Below are positions 1 through 12,811 of a DNA stretch of 64,000 bases, piece by piece. The notes under the pieces are model-generated. The model made no database searches and had not been told where the DNA came from. It was given only the letters and a program-made list of their open reading frames with translations. The stretch is from Azolla caroliniana (Eukaryota; Plantae; Polypodiophyta). The position numbers were made by a program, and so were the translations under genes. Position 1 is the first letter of the stretch; each line of letters opens with the position of its first letter. The stretch lies in assembly GCA_043228905.1 (NCBI GenBank), contig JBHGNT010000016.1, forward strand, positions 3,162,001-3,226,000. Direction: 5' to 3'.

Positions 1-77
1 CTAAAGGGAAGAGTTGTATTCTTGCTTCGTCACCGTTTTCTTCGTTTTATTATGCTCCTATATCAAGGTTGAATACA

Positions 78-3000
78 ATGGAAGGTATCAGATTTTCTCT
101 TAGATCTCCAACCAGTGAAAAAATCAAACTCAAATCATCTCTATTTGGAGTATCATTGTGTACGAATGGCCCTTCACTACCTTTGCTCTCAAAGAAGGAT
201 AATACTAAGAATAAATCTCTGGTGTGCATGGCTTCGTCTGCTGATGATGTTCCATCCGCAAGTGATCCGTCTATTCCGTAAGTTTTTTCTTTTTGATTTT
301 TTAGTTTCCTTTTAAAATTGGTTGGTCTATTTAGTTATTTTTTCTTTTAATTTATTGTGTTTTAGTTAGATTTCTTCTTAATATATTTCCCCCAACTTTT
401 ATTGATTTGTTCTGCGTGTTTTGATTATAATATTCTCCTTGGTTTTTTAAATTATTTCCTTTTCTCTGATTTTTGAGGCAGTTTTTGTTTATTTATCTCC
501 TCTGTTTCCAGATTCCTGGTTCATTTATTTCCCCAAAATTTTAGTTCATGCTGTGCCTGTCCTGTTTTTCGGGTCAAGTTTTTTTATCCAAGTTTATTTG
601 GTTATCGTGTATTAGGGGTCAATCTGGTTTAATTCTCGAAGTTTCAATTAAATCTGTTCTTTATATGGTGTTAGTTTGTTTTGTTTTTTTCGGAGATTTG
701 GTTTACTAGTTTTTTCTTTTAGATTTATGGTTTAAGGTTATGTTTTGTCAACCATTTGTGATAAAGGAATCATCATTATTTTGCTGAAAAATCATCATCA
801 TCATCTCTCTGTGGACAGGGTCATAGCTCAAAAATCTGAAGGCTTCTTAGAGAAGTACCCAGCGTTGGTGACCGGATTCTTCTTCTTCATGTGGTAAGTA
901 ATGTCTTTATTCATATTCACATTCATGCCTGATGTATAAATATCCCCATGCCTAATGCTAGCAAGTATTTCAATGGTTCACACATGTTTTGGTGATTTAT
1001 TTGAAAAACGGAAAAGCCAGTTCAAAATTTTGCATGGTTTTTATTTCAAAAATTTCCGTTTTAGTTTACAATGTTAAAAAATCCTGATTTGTTTGTGAAA
1101 AAATTGCCGCAGTTTTCTTTTTTTTTCACAAAGACGTGACAGATGAGTCCTCCTCTTAGGGTACTTGTTTCTAAGGATGAGAATGATCATGAGCATAACC
1201 AAGTGTCTTCAAATCTTATCATCCATGAATCATGATAGTGTTTCTTTTGGGGTTTGAACATTTGACAGTAGGCTCTTATTTATGATGATATGCTTATCCT
1301 GATAAATTGATTGCTTTTAGAAATCATATGCATGATGTGTGCTGATTTTATTTTTATGATCTATGCTAATTTTTTGTCATTTTGCCCTCTACACTTCTCT
1401 GAAAAAGGTTAGAAAAATAACTGTATTTATTTTGCACCAGTAAATAATAAAAATATTAATGTGATATTTAAAAGAACAATTTAAATCTCAGGTGGATAAT
1501 TTCTATGGTTTTGACTCATTTTTCTTTGTTTTATTTACAGGTATTTTTTGAATGTGATATTCAACATTCTCAACAAGAAGATCTACAACTATTTTCCTTA
1601 CCCATAGTAAATACTCTTCCACTCTCTGTGTTCTACTTTCTATGTACATTATCCTTCTGTAAAAAAGTAATACGAAGAGGAGAATTATTTGATTGAGTTT
1701 TCCTTTCAATTTGCAGTTTTGTGTCCACGGTTCATTTGATAGTGGGCGTTGCTTATTGTGTGGTGTCATGGGCTTTGGGTGTGCCGAAAAGAGCTGTAAG
1801 TATCTAAATGTACAGCATTCATACTATTATACATGCTATCTAGACACATTACCCTGATCATATACATGTTGTCTGGACATAAATCTTTATCACAAACATT
1901 TGCTAAGACTAGAATTTGCTTTTTTGTGCATCCGTTTTAATACGTTTTGACAGCCTCTCAACAAGGAGACGTTTGGACTACTTGTTCCTGTGGCTGCCTG
2001 CCATGCCTTGGGTCATGTTATGACCAATGTGTCTTTTGCCGCTGTGGCAGTATCATTCACTCACACTATAAAAGGTTCGTTGTGGTCTATTTGTATTCAT
2101 ATAAACAAGAAACGATCTGGTTTAAAAGCTTTGGAATTTTGGGCTATTTAAGAATGCCTTATTTTAACAATCAATATCTAGATGCAATTACCCCTTTAGT
2201 TCATCACCATAGATATGATATACTGAATCCTTATTGAGATGGATGACGGGAAATACAAAGACCTTTCCAATTGAGTAACTGTGTTAAAATTCGTAAATCA
2301 TTTCAACAAATTTAGATGAAGGTTTATTGTCTCTCGGCAAAATTATTCTTGGACACTAATTTGGAGGCACTTTGAGGAAACTTTACCAAATTGTTGTGGA
2401 TCTTGTTCAGCTTTGGAACCCTTTTTCAACGCTGCTGCGTCACAGTTTGTGCTTGGGCAGCAGATTCCTTTTGCGCTCTGGCTTTCATTAGCTCCTGTGG
2501 TGCTTGGTATGCTATTGCTATGTGGCATTATGATGATTTAAATCATATTTCTCTAGACAAGGAGGGCTATTTATTAATTACGTGAATTTCTCTCATATGT
2601 TATGGCTAGGTGTTTCAATGGCTTCAATGACTGAGCTTTCCTTCAACTGGCTTGGCTTTGTTAGTGCAATGACATCAAACATAGCATTTACATACCGGAG
2701 TGTGTATTCGAAGAAAGCTATGGTGTGTGCAGTGTGCACATAAGAAACGTTTTGTAAACTAACAATGAACGTCTGGCGCTTTGAATTGTAATATACCGTC
2801 TATTGTTCATTTGTTACAGACAGGGATGGACAGTACAAACCTTTATGCTTACATCTCAATAATTGCTCTTGTGTTTTGCATTCCGCCAGCCATTCTGGTC
2901 AGTATTTTGCATTTTCTCATCCTGGATATGAATGTGTAATTGCTGCATTGAACTTTATGCTATCTAACGCGCTGAATTATGGTTCAAATTCTAAAAATGC

Positions 3001-4272
3001 TTTTCTTTTCAACCATGTTTTCAACAAAACTAATATCCCAATGAATGTGTGGTAGACTGAAGGCGTGATACAATTTTCGTGATACAATTTTCTTTCTCTA
3101 TTCGCCTTACAATTTTCTGATGAAACTTGGCTAATCTTATTACCTGTATTATTTTTGATTTATTTTGGCTGCTATTACTAGTCAAAATTTTGTCAGTTTT
3201 TTAGAGATTTTAGGAAATGATCAGAAATGAACCAAATAGTTGCTGATTGAAAGCCCGGGAGAATTTGCTAGAAGTATTGTGCTAATTGTACTCATATTGT
3301 TCAATAATAACGAATATTTTTGTCAGTGATACTTAATTCTTAATTATAGATTGAAGGCCCAGCACTTCTGCAACATGGATTTGCTGATGCCATTACAAAG
3401 GTTGGCATCGTGAAATTTTTGACCGATCTTTTCTGGGTTGGAATGTTCTACCATCTGTATAATCAGGTAAATAGGGTTGTTTGATGCCTCATCAAGAAAG
3501 AGGCTTTAAGATTCATTCCTTTGGTTCTAATTAAAAAATTCTCGAGTATTTTGGAATGGATTTAATGATCTTATTTTCTTCTTCTAGTTGGCTACCAACA
3601 CATTGGAAAGAGTTGCTCCTCTCACACACGCAGTGGGAAATGTCTTGAAGAGAGTCTTTGTCATTGGATTCTCTATAATTGTTTTCGGTACAATTTCTTA
3701 CATACTGCATCATCTACATTAGTCATAACATGGGCTGTATTGTTGCACATTAATGTATGCTGTGCGTTTTTGCTGACTGCAATTCTTTTGGTTGCAGGCA
3801 ACAAGATCTCGTTGCAAACTGGCATCGGGACTTCTATTGCCATCATTGGTGTTGCACTTTATTCCTTCATTAAGGCTAGAATAGAAGAAGAAAAGAAGGC
3901 AAGTTGCAAAAACTAAATATACTGTTTCACTAAGTTCTAAAAGAATTATACAAATTAAGTTCTCAAGGTTTTCCTAAAATGAAATGGTGAGAAATGACTT
4001 GAACATAAGAAAAGTAATCAAAAAACTAAGTTTTGCAACCTCTTGATTGATAATAATAGTTTTTGAAATAAAATTGATCAATATATAATCCATATAAGAT
4101 TACAACAATAATTTATAAGCAATCTCTCGATTACCACTAAAGCCTTTTAAAATAAATTTGATTAAAATTTGATCTGTAAATGCAAGGTTGAATGCGAAAA
4201 CTTAGAAACATGTAAACCTGTAATTCTCTTTTTCTTTTGCAGAAAGCTGCCTTGGCTGCCAAAACAGCATAA
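78..4272 (+). CDS. TPT: Chloroplast triose phosphate/phosphate translocator, 12 exons, about 391 aa
   Basis: Exons 78-277, 819-893, 1541-1606, 1717-1795, 1954-2074, 2411-2506, 2610-2722, 2820-2897, 3350-3466, 3588-3687, 3798-3898 and 4243-4272 splice in frame (1176 nt). They give TPT hallmarks [66 protein letters not shown] and [21 protein letters not shown]. The Ser/Lys-rich N-terminus ending VCMA fits a transit peptide. The last intron is GC-AG. AG at 66-67 may be the acceptor of an upstream intron. Confidence 0.96.
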
Positions 4273-4902
4273 ACGATTGATGATATATCTGTTTTGTTGA
4301 CAAAGTGAATGAAAAGAGACATTTAAGCACCTAAAATAGGTTTCAAATATATTATTCCTATTTTCTTTTGGTGCGGGATTTTTCAAAGAGGCAGGCAGGA
4401 ACAAAGGTTTTTAGAGTTTTTGTTGCTCTGTTGGCAAATAAAAGGTTGTCCATAACCTTGAACAATAATGCCTGTTGTGTTCCTCCACCATCTGGTCTAT
4501 TTTGTGATATTTTGACCTTCATTATAGGCCACTTTACTAACATGAGAGAATATAATAAATATATTTGTTGAGCTGGCAATACATACACATTTTGCTCCCC
4601 GCTGTAACATGGTTGTTTTGTTCCGATAATGCCTGACTAATTTAAACTCTTGTTTGTTGGAGTATTTCTGTGTTTGCATGATAGAATGCCAACATCAGTG
4701 ACAGTGGGATGTTGGCTATCATGGTCACCTAACACTAACAGCATCAACTGACTACTTTTATTATACATTGACATCCTAAAAGCAATAATGACCATAAATC
4801 GGGCGTTTTTCCTGTTCAGCACATAGTAATTGTACACTTGAGCTACCATATGGAATTTTTTATTCACTCTGGCCTGGAAGTTAATTGTGGCATGTAAGAA
4901 GA

Positions 4903-5252
4903 GGCAGACTTACACATGGATGTTTGTGATCAGTCACATATAATGCCATTGAATGGCTATTACTATATGTCAGAATCCTTAAAGCAATGAGTGACCGTAA
5001 ATTGAGTGTGATGCTGCTGAGTACAAACTCGGTTATTATATCATAGTCAATAATGGTGTCAAATGTTAGCCGTCAAAAGGCAACACTCAGCAGACTTACA
5101 CATGGATGTTTGTGATCAATCACATATATTGCCATTGAATGGCTATTACTATATGTCAGAATCCTTAAAGCAATGAGTGACCGTAAATTGAGCGTGATGC
5201 TGCTGAGTACAAACTCGGTTATGGTATCATAGTCACATAATGGTGTCAAATG
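4903..5252. repeat. Direct duplication of about 165 bp downstream of TPT
   Basis: The block gcagacttacacatggatgtttgtgatca...taatggtgtcaaatg occurs at about 4903-5065 and again at about 5090-5252 with few differences. Confidence 0.85.
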
Positions 5253-5891
5253 GCTCTTGTGTATGCACAGGAATCATTAAACCAACGCATACCTTGTTAA
5301 ATTGATGTTAATTGAGCATGTTCTGCTACCAGCATGTAGTGGTAATTGAATTGCCCACAAAGCTGTGTATGCTAAATTTTTTATTAATTTGTGGGAAGTT
5401 GAATAGTTGTATCACACTGTTTTCGACCCTGTCAACGTACATATTTTAAACAGAAACTTAAAAATGGAAGTCCCCAAAATCTTTCTGCTGTTAGGTATAA
5501 ATTGATCATTATGTAATTTACACCTCAAAAAAGTGTTATAGACTATCCATTAATGGCAATGTCACACTACTTTGATCCATAGGTGAATTGATATTTGTGT
5601 AAATTACATATCGGCATGCTTTTAGACAATGTAAGTGTGAATGGTCATGTGACTTTTTTATCCAATCAGCATGAATAGTTAAATTATTGTACTAACTGTG
5701 CATTTTAAAAATATAAGATCTCAAAATCTTCTTGCTGCTAGGTAAGTTACAGAAACAGTTTTTTAGCTTATGGTCATTTGACACGGTTTTGGATCCCATT
5801 AAAAGTTTAAAGTGGAAGCCCTTGTAATCTTTTCCTTCTGTGAGGTATGAATTGATGATTCACGTATAGATTACGCATTTCTGCAATTGAG

Positions 5892-6142
5892 CCCAAGTTT
5901 TAGCAGATTCGACACACCCATTTGCTGCAATTAGGTATATAATCACATGGGAAGGCAATTTGGCGCTTAGGTGATCGAATGCCAAGTTCATGTATAAATA
6001 TCGCTTATTCCAAGTCGGGCATTAGATGGCATTAGATATTTAACTTTACATTAGATGACCTAAGCGCCAAATTGCTAGCTGTCGCATGTTGCTAGATGCA
6101 TAAATGCAGGAAATGGTTGTGTAGGGTCTGCTAAAATTTGGG
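5892..6142. repeat. Degenerate fold-back / MITE-like inverted repeat of about 250 bp
   Basis: Outer arms cccaagttttagcagattcgacacacccatttgctgca and tgcaggaaatggttgtgtagggtctgctaaaatttggg are imperfect reverse complements. So are inner arms gcaatttggcgcttaggtgatcgaatg and cattagatgacctaagcgccaaattgc. No clear TSD. Confidence 0.75.
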
Positions 6143-6325
6143 ATGTCATATCCCCTGTTCCTAGTCAGCAATTTCTTACAATATTCTAGACATAAAAACA
6201 CAACATTCTAGATTTAAAATTTCATTATCCTTTCATTTACATAATCCTCAAAACTTGGGGGCTAGACTAGTTGGTTTTGATCTTCCATTGAGAACGTTTC
6301 CATATCCTTTTCTTAAGGAGAGTTC

Positions 6326-6452
6326 AAAATCAGCTGGGATTTGGTTTATCATTATTGCAATGGATTCAAAACATATCTTCACATCGACAAAATCAGTTGG
6401 GATTTGGTTTATCATTACTGCAATGGATTCAAAACATATCTTCACATCGACA
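6326..6452. repeat. Tandem duplication, 2 x 63 bp
   Basis: aaaatcag(c/t)tgggatttggtttatcatta(t/c)tgcaatggattcaaaacatatcttcacatcgac occurs twice. Confidence 0.85.
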
Positions 6453-6797
6453 ATCCAACAATTCAACAATTCAACAATTTTAGTATTCACAGATCTCCCA
6501 ACCACCATTTAGATTATGTGAGCCAGTCACGAAATATTTGAAAATGATGATAATTTCTTTGTATTAAGAACAATTTGTACATCTTCAATGATTTCTTTGA
6601 CATCAATCATTTGGTTTAACATTGTATATATTCGCAAGAGCTTTTGTGCATCGAGATAATTGACAATGTAACATGATGCCTTATTATAACCTAAAAAAGG
6701 ACAAACGCATGGAAAAGTTTTGGGTATTTTTATAGAGGGAGTTGAGCGAAAGACTCATTGAATATTTTAAACAAGATGATGTTTTATATATGAGGGA

Positions 6798-8495
6798 CTA
6801 GTTATTGGATTTAGCATACTGCAACTCTTCCTCGCTTGGAAATTTATCGAACATGTCACGAAGTTTATCCAACGGGGCTGCCAACAATCCTACTACAGTT
6901 TCAAATGGTGGTTTATCCGGTGCACTTGGGTGTGAACTGCGATCCAGCATCACAGATTAGAAGGACCAATAAGAAATGCCATTTAGTACATACTAGAAAC
7001 TCAAACCCTAAAAAAAATTCAATACAAATTAGATGCTCAAATAAGAAATGCCACTTGGTACCTATTAAAAACTCAAAACCCTAAAATTTCAATTTCGGTT
7101 CACCAAGAAAAAGGCCTACTAAAAAACATAAAAACCTAAATTTAACCTAAGTTCATGAACAAAGAAAACAAGCCATACACACCGAGTGGGAACAAACTTC
7201 TTCGTCAATTGGAACTTATTGCCTAGACGAAAGCCTTCTTCGACGGGGATTGCATCCCGGAGCTTCGGGAGGTCTTCATCTTCCTCTTCTTTCATGTGGT
7301 TTCGAAGCGCTTGCTGCGTTTTCTCCATGAGTTGGTCGAAGGAGGAAGAGTCTTTCCAAGGTTCCATATCTTGGAGTTGTGCCAAATTCTCCTTCACTAT
7401 GCGATGTTGTGCACGATCTTTGTCTGCCATGGAAACTCCACCCGACACGTAAGACTCCATAGCCGGATAAGCGATGAGCTCTTCGCCTATAGCGTGTCGG
7501 GCCACTTCCCACCTCCATTGATTGCTCCATTTTACTTTATCATCCATGCTTCTACTGTCTTTGTATTCCTGGCACAGAATGTATGATTACACAATTCACT
7601 ATACAATGTGTGTTGACATAGAATGTGCATCAAAATAAGTGATGAAATGTTTGATCTTAAAAGATTTCTACACGATGTTTTTAATCAAAAACAACAAATT
7701 GCATTCTTTTTCATAAATGATGAAATGTTTGTGATCTTAAAGATTTCTACATAGTGTTCTTAATTAAACAACAAATTGCAATTTTTTCCATAAATGATGA
7801 AATGTTTTGATCTTAAAGATTTCTACATGATGTTTCCAATCAAACAACAAATTGCATTTTTATTTTCCACGCTTTACTTTGCAATTTTTTTCGTAAGTGA
7901 TGAAATGTTTGATCTTAAAGATTTCTACATGATGTTTCAAATCAAACAACAAATTGCATTTTTATTTTCGACGCTTTACTTTACATTAAACGTGTCCCAT
8001 GTTTTTAACAATCGATTAGTCAAAATCACTAAAAACAAATCAACTTACGAAACAAATAAGGATGTATGCAAAACCATGATTTGACAATGGATAAGTCAAA
8101 ATCACAAAAAAGAAACAACTCATGAAATAGACAAGGATGATTGTAAAACATTGAATAGTACGCAATAATTCAATGACATCAATATGAAAAAAAGAGAAAA
8201 ATTCATGAATCGAAGGAAAACCATCGATGTAATCAAAGAGAAGGTTTCGCAATAACATCGAAAAAGGACGAACCAACACAATTGTCACTTCAAAAAAATA
8301 AGACGTTCGAATACAAACCTTGAAGTAAGTCTTGATCTCTTTGTGGTCATCGAGGACGGCGTCAACAATGTGAACACGACCATCACGTGACGATGGCCCG
8401 CAACCGCTTTGAGCACGACAAGAGAGGATCATTTGGCACAAACGAGTTCTTCCAACAAATCCACCGTGACCAACAACTTGCAATCTCATCATCAT
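6798..8495 (-). CDS. Hemerythrin-like (HHE cation-binding domain) protein, fungal-type, about 233 aa, with putative organellar transit peptide
   Basis: Exons 8495-8319, 7568-7183 and 6936-6798 have GT-AG junctions and matching phases. Motifs: IVDAVLDDHKEIKTYF, WEVARHAIGEELIAYPAME, ADKDRAQHRIVKE, NHMKEEEDEDLPKL, then TKKFVPTRSHPSAPDKPPFETVVGLLAAPLDKLRDMF. The first ~37 aa are Arg/Gly/Ser-rich with no acidic residue. Confidence 0.9.
7638..7980. repeat. Intronic tandem repeat, four units of about 77-100 bp
   Basis: The unit gatgaaatgtttgatcttaaagatttctacatgatgttt..aatcaaacaacaaattgca occurs four times in intron 1 of the hemerythrin gene. Confidence 0.85.
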
Positions 8496-9910
8496 TGTTA
8501 CTACAAATGATTTATTGTCTCTTTTTGTGCAATTGTTCCCCCGCCCCCCCAAACTTCTCCTTTCTTAATACTTTCATTTTTTTCTCTCCATTTCACTCTT
8601 TCCTTTTATGGATAACAAGTGTCTTAGAGGTTTTAGAGACAAGTGTCCTCCATGCTTCCGTGCCATTAAACCAAGCTAGAATTTTGATTTTGAGTGGACC
8701 CATTATACTACATCTATGCATGTATGTGTATGTATGTATCACATCCGGAGGAGATCAATGATACTTGAGAAGTTCTCACAAAAGAGGTTAAGATTTCTAA
8801 TGGAGTAAAGGAGACGATTTGGTAGTTTTGACGAGCATTGAAAGCAAGCGGTGCTTGTCGTAAAGAAATAGAAACAAACGATCAAGTCTTCATGGGGATC
8901 AATGTGCATTAAGTGTATTATCATAATACTAGTAGACCAAGATAACTATCAAACAAAGCTTTGCTATGGACTCAAAGAAGGGGAAGGCCATCCTAGATGC
9001 GACATCACCCAAGAATTCAAGGTTCCTTGGATAAATCTATTGAAATAGAAATATGTTATGGTGTGATTGAGTGGAAAGCATTGGGAACCATTTGCATTGC
9101 ACAAAAGATCGTGATCAGCATCATTCCTAAACAAGGTGCATGACGGCAATGCCCTAAGTGCGAACACTATGGAGGTGATGATATGACGAAAAACAAATTA
9201 TGGTGGGCATGTTGCACATTTCCACATCAATGGATGCAACAAATAATACTAGGGGTTGGGAGAAGCAACAAAGAGGACAATATTGTTGATATGACCATTT
9301 CAAATTTGAGTTTTGGACTATTCTTTTGCAACTAATGTCCCATATAAGAAACAATTATGTAAAAGGTTCTTCATTTGTATGGTTTCACATGAAATGCAAG
9401 GGTTTGTCATGGATAGGACTTGGACAATAATCTGTGGGTCGAAGATCACCATGGATGACCAACAATAGGATTTGATGGGCATCTACTCATCCAAGGCCTT
9501 CGAAAATGTCACTTGTCTTATGAAAACATTTTGAAAGATTTGAGGGAACTTGAGTGGAAAGCTTTTACGTATCAAATAAAAAGGAGAAAAACATGGACAT
9601 CATCCATAAAGGAGTTGCTATGTAAAGTCCTAGTTCAAAACAAATACAAGTATACGTGATATTGTATATACATAATTAATATTATATATGATTACAAACT
9701 ACAACATAGGTTCCTCACTTGTAAGTTGTATCCAGGGCAAAAATTTGACGGGTGTAATGCCCGTCAAAGGCCATTTTGCCCGTCAAAAACATACATCTAA
9801 TAAAAATGTCCGTCAAATGACATATAAAGTATAAAATTTTCCTTTTCATATGAAAGGCCACTAAAAATTATCCATGTCAAATGACATGCTAAAATTCTAA
9901 TTTCCATGTC

Positions 9911-9959
<49 letters not shown>

Positions 9960-10130
9960 AACTAATAAGTTATAAGTTATAACTATGTGTGTAGTATGTA
10001 GTTACAACTTACTAAGTTACTAGTATAAAGTGTGTAATATACTAGGTCCTAGAATTAAGAGTCTAGTCTAATATATATTAATATGACAATATTATAACTT
10101 CTAAGTTTATATATATGTATTTAGTTACTA

Positions 10131-10168
<38 letters not shown>

Positions 10169-10387
10169 TATATGTTTTTTAAAAACACACTTAAAATAAA
10201 AAATATAAATTGTAAGTTGTAAATTGTAATGATGAATCATGATTTATGATATAAATTCTCAAATCGATTTAAAATTTTAACAATAACATTAGTCATTTAT
10301 TAAATACTCTAATATACTTTTTTTTTCGAAAAAAAAATACTTTAAATTCTAATATACTAGAGTGTAGAGTCTAGACTCTAGGTTTAA

Positions 10388-12300
10388 TTTAAGTTTTAAT
10401 TTAAAACTAAAAATTTTACTAACCATCTTTTTATACTTATAAGTTATTACATTTTACTATTATCTATGCTTTATTAAAAAATTAAGGTTAATAATAACTT
10501 ATTAGTACAGAACAAAGGTGAGTACTTCTATTAGGGTAGCAAGCTATTCTTCCACAGTCCACTTAAAAATTATTGATTTTATATGTAGTTTTTCTGCAGC
10601 AACAATAGAAGAAGACACCCTTCAAGGCTAGGCTTAAGCTTCAACATTTTAAATAGGTAAGTTACCATCTATTACATTATGTAATATTATACAATATAGT
10701 TTTTGTATTACTTAAGCAATAACTTGCCTGATTGTATTATATTGAAATGAAATACTTTTAATACACAAGTTTTAAGTTAAAATTAAAACTTTTAATAGTT
10801 ACCATCCTTTTTATAGTTATTAAGTTATTACTAATAACTATCATCTATGCTTTATGAAGAAATTAAGGTTAGTAATAACTTATTAGTATAGAAAATAAGT
10901 GAGTAAGTACTTCTATTAGGGTAGCAAGCTATTGTTTCACTTAAAAATTATTGATTTCATATGTATTTCTACAGCAACAATAGAAGAAGACATCCTTCAA
11001 GGCTAGGCTCAAGCTTCAACATTTCAAATAGGCAAGTTACCATCTATTACATTATGTAATATTATACAATATAGTTTTTGTATTATTTAAACAATAACTT
11101 GGCTGTTTGTATTATATTGAAATGAAATAGTTTTAATACACAAGTTTTAAGTTAAAATTAAAACTTTTAACAGTTACCATTCTTTTTATAGTTATTAAGT
11201 TATTACTAATAACTATCATCTATGCTTTATGAAGAAATTAAGGTTAGTAATAACTTATTAGTATAGAAAATAAGTGAGTAAGTACTTCTATTAGGGTAGT
11301 AAGCTATTGTTCCACTTAAAAATTATTGATTTTATATGTAGTTGTTCTGCAGCAACAATAGAAGAAGACATCCTTCAAGGCTAGGCTCAAGCTTCAACAT
11401 TTTAAATAGGTAAGTTACCATCTATCACATTATTTAATTTTATACAATATAGTTTTTGTATTACTTAATAACTTGGTTGTTTGTATTATATTGAAATGAA
11501 ATACTTTTAGTACAAAAGTTTTAAGTTAAAACTAAAACTTTTACTAGCCATCCTTTTTATAATTATTAAGTTATTACTAATAAGTTATAACTATCATCTA
11601 TGCTTTATTAAAAAACTAAGGTTAGAACTTAGTAATAACTTATTGATATAGAAAATAGGTGAGTAAGTACTTCTATTAGGGTAGCAAGTTATTGTTTCAC
11701 TTGAAAATGATTGATTTTACATATAGTTGTTCAGCAACAACAATAAAAGAATACATGATACATCCATCCAACTTTAACATTTTAAATATGTAAGTTACCA
11801 TCTATCACATTATGTAATATAATACAATATAGGTTTTGTATTATCTAAGCAATAACTTAACTGTTTATATTATATTGAAATGAAATACTTTTAGTACATA
11901 GGTTTTAAGTTAAAACTAAAACTTTTACTTACCATTGTTTCTATTATTGTTAAGTCATTACTATCATCTATGCTTTATTAAAAAATTAAGGTTAGTAATA
12001 ACTTATTAGCATAGAAAATATGTGAGTGTTTTTTGGAAAGAAAAAAAAAAGGTGAGTGAGTACTACTAGGGTAACAAGTTATTGTTCCACAATCCACTTA
12101 AAAATGATTGATTTTATATGTAGTTATTCTGCAGCAACAATAGAAGAAGACATCCTTCAAGGCTAGGCTCAAGCTTCAACATTTTAAATATGTAAGTTAC
12201 CATCTATCACATTATGTAATATTATACAATATAGTTTTTGTATTACCTAAACAATAACTTGATTGTTTGTATTATATTGAAATGAAATACTTTTAGTAAA
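10388..12300. repeat. Five tandem units of about 375-385 bp inside the hAT element
   Basis: Units start near 10388, 10769, 11143, 11518 and 11902. Each has ...cagcaacaatagaagaagac...ttcaacattttaaata(g/t)gtaagttaccatc; the fourth is more diverged. Confidence 0.9.
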
Positions 12301-12376
12301 TTTTTAGATGTCTATTATTTGAATATTTTTAAGGGGGAAAACAAAGGACAAAGCACAACAACAGTCTATAAAGAGC

Positions 12377-12811
12377 ATGTTTAGCAAGGGGCCACATATT
12401 AATGATGCTCCCAATAATGAGGAAGAGGCTATTACAAACACAAATGAGCTTAGATCCTCTTCCAATAAACAAAAAAGAAAGTGGCGAAACCAGTGGACTT
12501 TGCTCCACCCATGGGCATATGTGACAAAGTCCTTACTAGGTGAAGATAAAATAAAATGCATTTGGTGCGAAGATGCTAGAAAAAACAATGTTTTTACGGA
12601 TGGTGGATCCCAAAGCCTACAATTGTCTTCACTAAATGAACATTCAAAATCATCCGACCACATAATAGCAAGTGCTATGCATTATGCAAAGATACAAAAT
12701 AGAAATGCAAATGTGAAAGGCCCAATGGATGAAAAAATTTCAGAAATGATGCATTCAGAAATTCAATTTATATGTTTTTTTATGCTTATTGTATCCACTT
12801 TGCAAGAATAG
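12377..12811 (+). pseudogene. Truncated hAT transposase N-terminus with TTF-type zinc finger
   Basis: KRKWRNQWTLLHPWAY...IKCIWC...NVFTDGG...LSSLNEHSKSSDH has the W-W-CxxC-F-G-H-H spacing of TTF-type fingers. No DDE or dimerisation domain follows before the right TIR. Confidence 0.7.

Noticed and set aside
6798-8495. Fungal contamination as the source of the hemerythrin gene
   Set aside because: It is contiguous with plant TPT and plant TEs and has long AT-rich introns with local repeats matching the host composition. Long-read support should still be checked.
8760-9620. Possible decayed LINE fragment upstream of the hemerythrin gene
   Set aside because: Only Trp-rich hints with no unambiguous motif or boundary.
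10388-12300. Regularly spaced repeats as a CRISPR-like array
   Set aside because: The whole ~380-bp unit repeats with no unique spacers, no cas genes are present, and it lies inside a eukaryotic hAT element.
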